Shown piece after piece: positions 31,208 to 41,604 of a stretch of DNA of 64,000 nt. The stretch comes from an uncultured archaeon (GTDB taxonomy: Archaea > Asgardarchaeota > Lokiarchaeia > Sigyniarchaeales > SOKP01). The position numbers and the translations under genes were made by a program. A model generated the notes under the pieces. The model was not told where the DNA came from and ran no database searches. It saw only the letters and a program-made list of their open reading frames with translations. Location of the stretch: NCBI GenBank assembly GCA_964486045.1, contig CAZALK010000001.1:520242-584241 (forward strand), read 5' to 3'. The first letter of the stretch is position 1. Each line of letters starts with the position of its first letter.

Positions 31208-32717
31208 TTAAAGATTGATCTTAAGGAAATTAAGACTGGTTTCATAATTACGGGAAACTTTGAACTTCTTTCCAACTAATTCTTGATGGCTTAGGTTTTC
31301 TAATGTTTTAGAGTCTTCTTTTAACACTGCTAATGTACGTGAACCATTTTCAAGAACTCCAATAACAATTCCCAAATCTGGTTTTCCATCTCGTTTATAA
31401 GTAATAGTATAGGCTTCAATAGTAAGGATACCATTTGGTTCTTCAACAGGTTTAGGAAGTTCTTCACCTTCAATTTCTTGTTGCACTTCTGAAAGTTTAT
31501 CAGTGCACCATGGTCTTATAAGGGGTGTTTTCCCATAAATTACTACAGATTGTTTGGTATTCCATCCCCCGTTTGCTATTTGCATTATTTTTAAAGATGG
31601 AGACTTACGAATTAGATCTACAGCTGTTATTGCTGGATGTAATGAATAATTATTCCCAGGTCCTCCAAAAAAAGGCATTCTTCCAGTAATAATAAGGGGG
31701 CGTGGGTCTTTTTCCTTTATATTTAATGCATTACGAATAATCTGTACCATTGAAGGAAAGCAACTATAAAAATCAAATAGATCAATATCCTCAATTTTAA
31801 GTCCAGCCTGAGCAAGTGATAAACGGGATGCATGTTTTACAGCAGGAGATTTGATCAAGCTTGGTCGTTGAGTTATGTTAAATATATTATGTAAATCTCC
31901 TCCTCCCATTAAATAAATCCATTTAGAAGGTTCAATGTTTAATTCTTCAGCAAATTCTTGAGAGGTTATTATTATCGCACCTGATTGATCAATAAAAGGA
32001 TTAACACACATAAATTTTGTGTATGGGTGATTTATATTACGATTTTTTGGAGTTGGTGTAATTATCTCTTGAGCAGTAAAGGATTTTTTGGACCAAGCAA
32101 AAGGATTATTCGAGGCCATTTTACTGAATTTTTCAAAAAGTCCCCCAATATTTAACTGATGTTCTTTTAAGTTTCTCCTTGAGGCTCTCCTTAATGCGGT
32201 TTCGAAAATAGCATATGATATTGAGGGAATATATAAGCTGTATTTTTTTTCAAATTCGTTTAAGCTTTTCATTTTTCCTGCTTCTGGGAATTTAGATTTT
32301 TTGTATTTCGGCCAGTTTAAAACAATCTCTCCTTTTCGTGCTAGACTCGTTGAATACCATGTTTCTCCGCCTGCAATGAGGATCATTTTACTTTTTCCTT
32401 CAATTATAGATAGAGCTGCTTGATTGAGTAGTTTTAGAGATGTATTTCCACCAGATGATGATAAGACTTTATTTAATGGTTTTATTCCAAGCATCTCACA
32501 TAATTCACCAGGAGCATCCTCATATGACCAACTAACAAAAAATACAAGAGAGACTAAATCAATTATTTCATTTAAATATACTATTCCGGTATCCTCTATC
32601 GCTAATTTACTTGCTTTAGCAATTAACTTAAGCGGATCTAGTGGATTTTGTGTTTCTTTAGGTTGAGTATTACTGAGCCGCACCAATAATAATTGGCCAA
32701 GATTTTAAATTCTTCAT
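31208..32717 (-). pseudogene. Thiolase-like acetyl-CoA acetyltransferase with N-terminal frameshift
   Basis: FDFYSCFPS and PFFGGPGNNY motifs; family-like N-terminus MKNLKSWPIIIGAAQ from ATG 32717 joins the ORF only if one extra base at 32670/32671 is removed. Confidence 0.8.
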
Positions 32718-32755
32718 AGTTAGAAAAAAAAATTTGTATTGAAATCAAAGTTAAA

Positions 32756-33301
32756 CTATAATTTCATTAAATATTCCTCTGGAATTTCTTGTCCTAAACC
32801 AGCTTCTTTAAATTTCTGACCATTTTGCACGTAAAGATTCGAACCTCCTTTTCTTATTTTACTGCCGGGATACTCTTTCTTTTTCGTTGCTGGTATTCCT
32901 GCATAAAGACAATTATCATCTGCTTGACCTCCAATAACAGATCCCCCAGCTATGATAACTCCGCTTCCAATAATAGAGTTGTGCAGAACAGTTGCTCCCA
33001 TACCTATAAGAGTTAAGTCTCCTATAGTTGCTGGACCATGGACAATTGATAAATGCCCAAGAGTCACATTTTTTCCTAATTTTACTAAACCTTTAACTGT
33101 GGTATGGATCACACAATTTTCTTGAATGCATGAGTTTTTCCCTACTATAATTTTTCCCCAATCTCCTCTAATTTTGGCTCCAAACCACATGTTCACATAA
33201 GCACCGATTTCCACATCTCCAATTATAACTGCGTCTTTTGCAATGAACGCGGTGGGATGAATACAAGGGATGGTTCCGTCAAAAGGTGATTTAACAATCA
33301 T
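32756..33301 (-). CDS. Gamma-carbonic-anhydrase family hexapeptide-repeat protein
   Basis: IHPTAFIA, IRGD, and His ligands in VIH, LGH, VHG. Confidence 0.92.
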   Translation of the reverse strand: MIVKSPFDGTIPCIHPTAFIAKDAVIIGDVEIGAYVNMWFGAKIRGDWGKIIVGKNSCIQENCVIHTTVKGLVKLGKNVTLGHLSIVHGPATIGDLTLIGMGATVLHNSIIGSGVIIAGGSVIGGQADDNCLYAGIPATKKKEYPGSKIRKGGSNLYVQNGQKFKEAGLGQEIPEEYLMKL

Positions 33302-33460
33302 TTTATCACACTCAATTCCTTTTAAAAAATTCGTTGATTTTTAAAGATTCATTAATTATTTAAGATTTTTGGATAGATTTTCTAATGAAGATCCTAAGTC
33401 ATAGATAATGAAAAATTAAAAAGTCAAAAATTCTACTTTTTAATTAACTATTAAATCTCG

Positions 33461-33955
33461 TTGTGGATATATATGAGAACCAATGTTATTTATGAAGAAA
33501 ATCTACAAATTTCAATTAACCAAGCGTATGATATCACACTGCAGTGGTTAAATAGCCAATATAAAGCAAAGATAAAAGAGTCAATCTCTCCCAATTTTAT
33601 TGATGCGAAGCAGGGGACAATGATGACTAACACTGGTCATGATCCGAATTGGAAAAAGAGAATTCGAGTTAGTTTTTATGAGCTGGAAGGAAGTAGAGCA
33701 TTAATAAGAGTGGAAACAAGACCATTATCACGGAATATATTAAGAGTAGAAAAGCTCAAACAATCATGGTATGATGGATTATTTATCCATTTATTCTCTT
33801 TACTCCGTACTGTCGGAAAGGATTCACAACCAGAGATAATTGCTAAAATTAAAAGTGAAGAGCAACCCAACATTAAATACTGCTCTAATTGTGGGAAAAA
33901 AATTGAAAAAAAAGCTATTATCTGCTCATCTTGTGGAATTGAAATAAACTACTGA
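33461..33955 (+). CDS. Hypothetical protein with C-terminal zinc ribbon (ATG at 33473 is an alternative start)
   Basis: CSNCG..CSSCG. Confidence 0.75.
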   Translation: MWIYMRTNVIYEENLQISINQAYDITLQWLNSQYKAKIKESISPNFIDAKQGTMMTNTGHDPNWKKRIRVSFYELEGSRALIRVETRPLSRNILRVEKLKQSWYDGLFIHLFSLLRTVGKDSQPEIIAKIKSEEQPNIKYCSNCGKKIEKKAIICSSCGIEINY

Positions 33956-34213
33956 ACTAAGAAAACGGCAGAACTAATTAAGAAGCAAAACATTACAATC
34001 ATTAATAAAAAACTTATAAAATAACAAGATTCATCACCAGTTATATTACAAACAGTCGAAATCCAAATATACAAGATAATAGAGATTATAAATAAAAGAA
34101 ATGATAAAGTGATTTTATATTTCATTGCAATACGAAATCGCTTTATTCTATTAAGGTTTACTTTTTATAGTGTGTGACTAGGAAATGGTAAGATAGTACT
34201 TTTTTTCAATTTT

Positions 34214-34705
34214 TTACTTTTTAAAATTTTTCTTCTTTAACAAATGAGTCATCTCAAAAGACATGATAAATTCTTTTGAAAAGTCAGGATGAATTTTATT
34301 AATTGTGAATGAAGAATCTAATATACCTCTCTCGGAATAAGTCTTCGATTCTCTAGTAGTAAGAATTATAACTTCAACTTCCATTGTATCACCTACTCTT
34401 AAAGAGGTTTTAAATAGTAGATTTTTAATACCTAATAATGCGATGACTGTTTTTTCATAAACTCCTAACTTCAAAAAAAGCCCAATTGCCAAAGGAATGA
34501 TAAAGGGGCCGGGAAATACAGGTGATTCATAAGGCATTTCATTAGCAGCATAAATTTCGTCAAAAAACATTGATAAATTAAACCAGCATAAATTACAAAA
34601 GTCCATTAAGTCAGCTTCTCTTAAAGTCCTTCTAGAGGTTAGAAAAGTATCCCCCTCTTGAAATTCTTCAAAATATTTTCCTCTTCTTTCAGAAATATCA
34701 TTCAC
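34214..34705 (-). CDS. MaoC/hotdog-fold dehydratase family protein
   Basis: GKYFEEFQEGD..RRTLREAD, VGDT, RGI patterns. Confidence 0.85.
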   Translation of the reverse strand: MNDISERRGKYFEEFQEGDTFLTSRRTLREADLMDFCNLCWFNLSMFFDEIYAANEMPYESPVFPGPFIIPLAIGLFLKLGVYEKTVIALLGIKNLLFKTSLRVGDTMEVEVIILTTRESKTYSERGILDSSFTINKIHPDFSKEFIMSFEMTHLLKKKNFKK

Positions 34706-34930
34706 CCAACTGTCGCTTACTTTGTATCTGCGCAGTATTTTAATTTAAGTTCCACAATATTAATAAATTTTGATTTTTCAAAAAAATAGCTTATCATATC
34801 AATTTATATTAACGTTTTAGCCAAAGTTTTTAATTTTCTTCCTTCATTCTGTGAATAATCAAACACCTCAAAATTTAATGAGTAGAAAATAAAAATTGTG
34901 AAGAAAAGTAAACCAGTGATGAAAGTATAA

Positions 34931-35416
34931 ATGAAAAAAAACTGCGTTTCAATCAAAAGTTTCAATGATATCAATTATTATATTTCCGTAAAGATTGAAA
35001 GAAATGGTGAATTAAATAATCTTCAAAAAGGGGAGGAGAAAGTAGTAATTTATGTAAGAGACGATCCAGTAATAATAATACCGGGAACTTATTTTTCTTC
35101 GTTTAAAGATGCAATTGAAGAATTATCTGAAAAATCTCATCTCCATAATAAAAACAATGAAGAAATGACAATAGAAGTTCTTTTTACGAGGCTTTGTTTT
35201 GATATTCATACTTGGTCTGAAAATAATTATGGTAGTCAATATTTACATTTTAAAATTTCTTTACCACTTCTAAAAAAGCTTAGGGATGTAGGAGAAACGA
35301 AATTTCAAATTATTTTTCAACAAGAAATTTTAACAAGATATGCTACAAGTACAGCAAGAGTAAAAGGATTTTTAGAACAAGAAGGGTATTTAAAACTTAT
35401 TAGTGACTTTTTTTGA
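34931..35416 (+). CDS. Hypothetical protein resembling the N-terminal domain of Lokiarchaeal LRR proteins
   Basis: HTWSENNY..LHFKISLPLLKKL..EIL.R..EGYL pattern recalled from that family. Confidence 0.6.
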   Translation: MKKNCVSIKSFNDINYYISVKIERNGELNNLQKGEEKVVIYVRDDPVIIIPGTYFSSFKDAIEELSEKSHLHNKNNEEMTIEVLFTRLCFDIHTWSENNYGSQYLHFKISLPLLKKLRDVGETKFQIIFQQEILTRYATSTARVKGFLEQEGYLKLISDFF

Positions 35417-35665
35417 ATTGTTGAATTTTGATTTATATATGTCTTTAGCATATTATCCTATTTTTATCTTATAAACTAGTTCTCAACATCAAAAAACCTA
35501 ATATATCCTTGACATTAGCGTCAGAATCTATTATATATGTATAACTAAAAGTAGAGATCTCTGCTTAGGAATATTGATAAATTAAACGCTTTAAGAAAAT
35601 TATTATTCTTTGAAATCTTTTTAGAATCATCTATTTTCAATAAATTTTTAGATTGGACTCTTGGC

Positions 35666-37198
35666 TTGGAGAATAACAACATGAATACAGAAGAGAAGTT
35701 AGAATTAATGAAAGTTATGTTTAATCCCAAAAACGTAGCAATTATAGGGGCCACTGATAACATGATGAAAATTGGTTCTCGTGTTTTTACAAGTGTTTTA
35801 GGTTGTGGTTTTACAAAGAATGTTTATGGTATAAATCCTAATCCTAAATATGAAAATAAGAAAGTTTTTGGCTGTGATGTATACCCATCGCTTGATAAAT
35901 GTCCTGAACAAATTGATCTTGTAGGAGTGGTTGTTCCCCCACATGCTGTTGTAAGTTCAGTAAAATTAGCTATTGAAAACGATGTTAGAACAGCAGCCAT
36001 TATTACCGCGGGTTTTGGAGAAGTAAAAAATGAAGAACGACAAGATGAAAACAAAGAATTAGTTAACGTCGCTAAAAAGGGAGGATTGATTTTTGTAGGG
36101 CCTAATTCAATGGGTTTTTATTCATCAGAAGATAAAGTATCTCCTCTTCATTTAGGATTTGGATTTATGATACCAAGACCCGGAAATTTGTCAATTGTTT
36201 CGCAATCTGGAACAATGGGAACTGTTCTATGTAGTGCGTTTCAAAATATCAGATATTTTGTATCAAGTGGGAATGAAGCATCCCTAACTTTAGAAGATTA
36301 TTTAGAATATTATGCCCAAGATCGAGAAACTAAAACAATAGCTTTATTTGCTGAGGGTTTACGAGCAGGTTCACGATTTAAAGACATTTGTACTGAAACT
36401 ACAAGAACAAAACCAATCATTTTTCTTAAAGCCGGGACCACTAAAACTGGAGCTAGAGCCGCAAACAGTCATACCGGGTCAATAGCAGGTTCATTAAATA
36501 TTTACAAATCTTTATTTAAACAAACAGGTGTGATTTCTGCAGATCAAATAGAGCAATTTGTTTATTTAGTTAAAGGAGCGCAATTTTTATTGCCACTTCC
36601 GACAAATGGGCGTTTAAGGGTAGGAATCATTAGCGGGGGAGGTGGATTTGTTGTTCACCTTACAGATCTTTGTGAAAAACACGGGATTTATGTTGTTGAT
36701 TTAAAAACTGAACCTAATGGTCTCAAACTTATAGAGGATATTTCAGAACATCTTCCTTTTTATTGGAGCCATAACAATCCTGTTGACCTGGTTGCTACTC
36801 GTAATCCTGGAGCTTATCGGACAATTACTGAATTAATGTTAAACTCCGATTGTTTTGACATAATTCTTACAATGTCATCTGCAAGCTTCCTAGATCGAAT
36901 GAAACTCTTAAAACCTTTAAATGAGTACGGAAAAAAAATGATGGAAATGATGATGCATAGAGCAAGTGATCGGTATGACCAAGCAATCGCAAATGAAATT
37001 GAGTTATGCCAGAAATTCCCCGATAAGCGGATAATATATATTTCCTTTACATCAAGTATGGGGAGTCTTTCTCTTGAAAAGTATGATGAGAATAAGATAA
37101 TGGTTTTTGGAGGGAATCCCGAGAACGCGGCTGTAGTTTTAAGAAAGCTTCACGACTATCAAAAATTTATTAATGCGAAAAAGAAAAAAAAGACGTGA
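35666..37198 (+). CDS. acdA: ADP-forming acyl-CoA synthetase alpha subunit (ATG at 35681 is an alternative start)
   Basis: VAIIGA, ITAGFGE, GPNSMG, SQSG, SHTGS phospho-His, NNPVD. Confidence 0.9.
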   Translation: MENNNMNTEEKLELMKVMFNPKNVAIIGATDNMMKIGSRVFTSVLGCGFTKNVYGINPNPKYENKKVFGCDVYPSLDKCPEQIDLVGVVVPPHAVVSSVKLAIENDVRTAAIITAGFGEVKNEERQDENKELVNVAKKGGLIFVGPNSMGFYSSEDKVSPLHLGFGFMIPRPGNLSIVSQSGTMGTVLCSAFQNIRYFVSSGNEASLTLEDYLEYYAQDRETKTIALFAEGLRAGSRFKDICTETTRTKPIIFLKAGTTKTGARAANSHTGSIAGSLNIYKSLFKQTGVISADQIEQFVYLVKGAQFLLPLPTNGRLRVGIISGGGGFVVHLTDLCEKHGIYVVDLKTEPNGLKLIEDISEHLPFYWSHNNPVDLVATRNPGAYRTITELMLNSDCFDIILTMSSASFLDRMKLLKPLNEYGKKMMEMMMHRASDRYDQAIANEIELCQKFPDKRIIYISFTSSMGSLSLEKYDENKIMVFGGNPENAAVVLRKLHDYQKFINAKKKKKT

Positions 37199-37266
37199 TT
37201 TGTTTTAATCCTTATTATCACCCGAAATTTAAGGCATTTAGTTTAATAGACTTTTTTTCGCTTCCT

Positions 37267-38718
37267 TTATTCTAAATTTTCATCTGCCTTGATGTGATTG
37301 TTTTGTACATAAATGGTTTCTAGGTTAGGTAGAACTTTAGTTTTCAGTATGTTGATTTGGTCTAAAAATCCCTTTCTCAGCTTAAATATTTCTTTATTAA
37401 TAACCAAAGTAGGGTTAACTGAAGTATAGGATCCATTAGTTGCTGAAATCCACTCCCTTTGATTTAATTTTTTAAGAGCATCTCTAACAATTTCTTTTTC
37501 AGTTTTCATTACATTACTCAATGTTGATTCACTAGCAATTCCTAATGATAAAAGAGTTGTGTAGGTTCTTATTTCAGGATCAGAAACGTTTAGAAATTGC
37601 ATATCCTTTAATATAGTTCCATCTATTTGTGTAATTCGCGTTTTTTTCCTCAGAGATTCTTTATCGATTTTTAAGATATCAATTTCATTAGAAGTAACGA
37701 TTTTTTTGGCCTTTACTATCTCATTAAAGATTTTTGCTCCTATTTCTGTTCGTACTACTACACTATTCCACTCGTTTTTAGGTACACCTACGCTTCCTAC
37801 AGATATATCAGCAATTTCAGCACTAAAATCTTTGCAATATTGACAACTTTCCCATGTATATTTCTTAATTTCCTTTAATGGAACCTTTTTTATAGTATCA
37901 TCATTCAAATAGAGATAGAATTTACCGTGCGAAACATCCATTTTCTTCACGCTAATTAGTGGTATTCCAAGCTCTCCCTGGATAAAATTTGTCATTAAAT
38001 CATAAGAATAGTTTGAGAAGCAAAAAAGTCCTATTATTAAGGTAAACTTCCCATATTCTTTTGAAAGAGGTGAGAACAATTGTAATTTTCTTACTGCATG
38101 AATTTGGCAAGGCATCCCAACAAATGCTAATTTTTCTAGTTTAAACTCATTAATAGCATTGTTATAGCTGCTTAAAGTTGGGGCGATAGTATATTTAGAA
38201 CCCATACACGACATTATTTCATTTGCTGTTCTCGCGATTATGGGTTTTGGAAACCAATGATCATCTTTATCTGTAAGAAGAACTCCGTCTATTAATCCAG
38301 TATCTAGAGCATGAATGAGCAGTGAAGATACTACTCCCCCGTTTTGAGCAACTTTCAATATTACATCATCCGTAGTTTTTGCCGCAACTATGTTCTGATA
38401 ATACCCCAATGGAAACCTTTTTTTTACTTTATCCTTAAATAATTCTCGTTCAAATATCTCTGCAGGAAAATACGTCCTAGGACAGTACCTGAAGCAAGTA
38501 GAACATTCAGGATCATACTCTAATAGTGTAGGCTCATTTTCATTCATCCCTATACGAGGGCATAATGAATCACATGCCCCACACAACACACAATTTCCTT
38601 TACTTATCACATGGTTATGTAATTCTTGAAACCCAATTCCAAGAACATTTGATTCCAAATAATTTTTCAGCTGATTTCTTCCTTCCATTTGCTTTTCCTC
38701 TATTTTATCATTCCCCAT
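37267..38718 (-). CDS. F420 hydrogenase/dehydrogenase beta-subunit (FrhB/FdhB) family protein fused to a C-terminal TrmB-like winged HTH
   Basis: CVLCGACDSLCP, QNGGVVS, GSKY, GMPCQ, GLFC, CQYC.D, ADISVGS; tail EIRTYTTLL..VRDALKKLNQREWI..SVNP. Confidence 0.85.
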   Translation of the reverse strand: MGNDKIEEKQMEGRNQLKNYLESNVLGIGFQELHNHVISKGNCVLCGACDSLCPRIGMNENEPTLLEYDPECSTCFRYCPRTYFPAEIFERELFKDKVKKRFPLGYYQNIVAAKTTDDVILKVAQNGGVVSSLLIHALDTGLIDGVLLTDKDDHWFPKPIIARTANEIMSCMGSKYTIAPTLSSYNNAINEFKLEKLAFVGMPCQIHAVRKLQLFSPLSKEYGKFTLIIGLFCFSNYSYDLMTNFIQGELGIPLISVKKMDVSHGKFYLYLNDDTIKKVPLKEIKKYTWESCQYCKDFSAEIADISVGSVGVPKNEWNSVVVRTEIGAKIFNEIVKAKKIVTSNEIDILKIDKESLRKKTRITQIDGTILKDMQFLNVSDPEIRTYTTLLSLGIASESTLSNVMKTEKEIVRDALKKLNQREWISATNGSYTSVNPTLVINKEIFKLRKGFLDQINILKTKVLPNLETIYVQNNHIKADENLE

Positions 38719-38729
38719 GTTTCATCACT

Positions 38730-38840
38730 ATACACTCTAATTGCGTTACCTCTCCGTGAATAGCCTTTTCTAATAATAATCATGTTCTAAGCGAACACAT
38801 CCGTGAAGCATTTATTAGAAAAGGTTAGGCGGAAGTGTAT
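38730..38840 (-). promoter_or_regulatory. Nested inverted-repeat structure in the leader of the FrhB-HTH gene
   Basis: Stems ATACACT/AGTGTAT, TCCG/CGGA, 16-bp TAACCTTTTCTAATAA/TTATTAGAAAAGGCTA (1 mismatch), TGTTC/GAACA. Confidence 0.55.
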
Positions 38841-38843
38841 CGC

Positions 38844-38930
38844 TTATAAAATCAATACTACTACGATAATACTAATTAAGGATAAAAATCCCCTCGTCAG
38901 TATTTTTGAAGCAGTATGATTTGAGTTCAT
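38844..38930 (-). CDS. Candidate 28-aa leader or small membrane peptide
   Basis: MNSNHTASKILTRGFLSLISIIVVVLIL; AAAAAG-TTTATAAA (38964-38957) lies about 30 nt upstream of its ATG. Confidence 0.4.
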   Translation of the reverse strand: MNSNHTASKILTRGFLSLISIIVVVLIL

Positions 38931-39169
38931 AATTATATGATAATATCTTTTGAACATTTATAAACTTTTAGTTCATGTTTCAAAAGGAAATTACAGTATG
39001 GCTTGAAAATTCAATAATTAAACAATTTATTGACTAGACAAGGTTCCCTACTTGGTTATTATTGTTGTTGATAGAAATGTAAAAATTTAAATTTATAGCT
39101 GTAAATTTTTATTATACTATTAGTTTTTTACAAATTTGTAAAATAAAGAATTAAAGAGAGTGAAAAAAC

Positions 39170-39490
39170 ATGTATATATTAATAACCGTATGGTTCCCCG
39201 CTAGCAAAGCAGTTGAGGTTGGAAAAAAAGCACTTGAGATTATGGAAAAACTTCCGCAAGACGAGATGATCTCAAAGACAATTCTACCCGGGGGCTTAAT
39301 GAGAACCAAAAATGGAACAAAAGGAATCGCGGTTTATGAAGTTATGGAAGGTAAATTCGAGGAAGCCTTTAACCGAGCTAGTGAAATTCTAGCCCTTTAC
39401 GCAGAAGTGGAAGGATTGAATAGTAGAATAGACACTATGACAACAGCCGCAGAAGCTTTGGAAACCACAGGTCTTGCGATACCTGCCTAA
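39170..39490 (+). CDS. Hypothetical protein (small alpha/beta)
   Basis: Clean ATG ORF followed by T-rich tract. Confidence 0.75.
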   Translation: MYILITVWFPASKAVEVGKKALEIMEKLPQDEMISKTILPGGLMRTKNGTKGIAVYEVMEGKFEEAFNRASEILALYAEVEGLNSRIDTMTTAAEALETTGLAIPA

Positions 39491-39608
39491 TAATTGAAAA
39501 ATTATTTTTTTCAATCTTTTGTTTTATTTTTATCATATCTCTTAAAGAAAACTTAGGAAACAACTTAGGAAAAAAATTATATCACATGTAAATCTTCAAA
39601 TTTTTGAG

Positions 39609-39992
39609 TTATTCATTTCCCAAAACGGCACGGGCTTTTTCCATGTTATCGACTCCGAGGACTAACTTATTGTTCTCGGCAAAATAGATTAGATCAATAT
39701 TAACACCAGTATCACCTATTTTACGAGCTATCTTGCCACCTGTCCCTGGTTTTCCTGCAATATTTCCAACATCAATAACGATGACTTCACGAACCGCCCG
39801 TACTTCGAAACCAGCTGCTTCCAGTACCCATTTGGTCGTGGTTTCATCTTCTACTAATATATGAATGATGGCTTCCTCTTTTAGAGGAAAACCGCAAATA
39901 CCTTCCATATTGATGTTATTTTTCCCCAAAATTTCCCCCATATCAGCTAATATACCCGGTTGATTTTTCAAAACAACAGTCATATCTTTCAT
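39609..39992 (-). CDS. Tandem ACT-domain protein
   Basis: LKNQPGILA..NINM and KPG..GVNIDLIY. Confidence 0.88.
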   Translation of the reverse strand: MKDMTVVLKNQPGILADMGEILGKNNINMEGICGFPLKEEAIIHILVEDETTTKWVLEAAGFEVRAVREVIVIDVGNIAGKPGTGGKIARKIGDTGVNIDLIYFAENNKLVLGVDNMEKARAVLGNE

Positions 39993-40225
39993 TATTTTAT
40001 TCCTCCTTTTCCTGCTTATTTATTTCTTATTTCATTTATAATTTCATTGTCACGAGAATTTCTTCCAATACATAATTATGTCTTTTCCCTTTTTAAGCTT
40101 TCTTTTAAATTTTATTTTATCTTAAATAAAGATAAGTAGGTATTCATAATCATCCTTACTTTTCTACATCTCAACAAACCGATACCCCCTATTTATTTTT
40201 TTTCACATATCGCACAGAATAAGTC

Positions 40226-41413
40226 TCAGATTATTAAAAAAAACCAATATAGCCCTAGTAATATTATAAAAGAAATAAGGATTGGTTTACCTAATAGTTT
40301 TATGACGCTAAAGAAATCTGCCTCAAAATATTCAATACTATAGGCAACACAAGGGTGAATAGGGGTAATTAGATACCCTAAAGAAATTGAAGTGTAGATA
40401 AAAATGAAATCTAAGAGTGGCATTGTATTACCAGTAAATTGTGCTATGTATATAGGAATTAAGATTGAAACGGGTAATTGAATACGTCCTGTTGCAAACC
40501 CAAGAAAAAAGCCAAGTAATATTAAAAGAAAAACTGATAAATCTAATGCAGCAATTTCCTCAGGGGCACCGGAGAGAACAAATACTTCTAAAAATATGAA
40601 CATAGAAAAAATTATTAGTGGGAATCGCCAAATTTTCATTTTTTTTGATATTTGTTTCACATTTGATAGCTTCATCTTCCCGAACCGTAAAGCTATCCAA
40701 ATGCTAAAAACAAGACCAATAAGGAGGATTATTTCTGGAACGGCGATATCAAAAAAAGTCCTCCCGATAAAATCAATTATTGGAGCAATCAAAATTGGAA
40801 GTAAATTATGAAATGCCCCTTTAAGATCCCTTTCCCCTTGTTCTGAGAAAGGAGAAATATTTTTGACCAGAGTAATGTACCCTATTAACCACATTACAAT
40901 TAGACCTGGTAACAACCCAAGTACAAGTATATAGAGATTAATATTAGTGAGAAAACTGGCTATAATTAATGAAGATGATAAGGGATAAATTATCAGCAAT
41001 ATGTGTCTATACCACACATTGATTGAGACTTTCTTGTTAGCATCCGCTTCAGGATCAATCTGTTGGACAATAGGTGCTGACATTAAGGCTCCCCCGGGTA
41101 CGGGTAATAACCCAAACAAAGCTGGTATCATCATTATAGAGGATTTCCGAGATATTCGCATTTTTCGAATCATCCCCATCATCAATCCCGATTCTTCCAT
41201 GATCCCTCCCAGAATTGGAATAAGGGTCATAATTATCATTAATGACAAAATTGAAGGATCTGTTAGCACGTTTATTAATGATTGTAAAATATTAACCCCC
41301 GCCAAAATAGCAAACCCTACGGCTCCTAAAGTTAATACTATACCTAATTCATACTTGGAAAGAGCCATAACTATGCCAATAATGATGATAAAACTTAACC
41401 AAGCTTGTAACAT
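40226..41413 (-). CDS. DUF401 family integral membrane protein (ion-transporter superfamily)
   Basis: PALFGLLPVPGGALMSAP, NVWYRH, GYLITPIHPC. Confidence 0.85.
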   Translation of the reverse strand: MLQAWLSFIIIIGIVMALSKYELGIVLTLGAVGFAILAGVNILQSLINVLTDPSILSLMIIMTLIPILGGIMEESGLMMGMIRKMRISRKSSIMMIPALFGLLPVPGGALMSAPIVQQIDPEADANKKVSINVWYRHILLIIYPLSSSLIIASFLTNINLYILVLGLLPGLIVMWLIGYITLVKNISPFSEQGERDLKGAFHNLLPILIAPIIDFIGRTFFDIAVPEIILLIGLVFSIWIALRFGKMKLSNVKQISKKMKIWRFPLIIFSMFIFLEVFVLSGAPEEIAALDLSVFLLILLGFFLGFATGRIQLPVSILIPIYIAQFTGNTMPLLDFIFIYTSISLGYLITPIHPCVAYSIEYFEADFFSVIKLLGKPILISFIILLGLYWFFLII

Positions 41414-41604
41414 ATCTATGAAAGTTAACGGCTATGATATTTCTACAAAAGTATTCTTAAAAAAATAAATGAGTCAATAATTACTTTCTCCTAAACTAAA
41501 AAATATTATCGAAAAAAATTTTTAAAGTGTTTGTTTTATCAAGTTCTATCAAAGCTGCTACCCTATATAAAGTAATGTACAATTGCCCATTATTGATATG
41601 CTTT

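Noticed and set aside
39549-39572. Short direct repeat aacttaggaaa x2 between convergent genes
   Set aside because: Only two 11-nt AT-rich copies; compatible with chance or a local duplication
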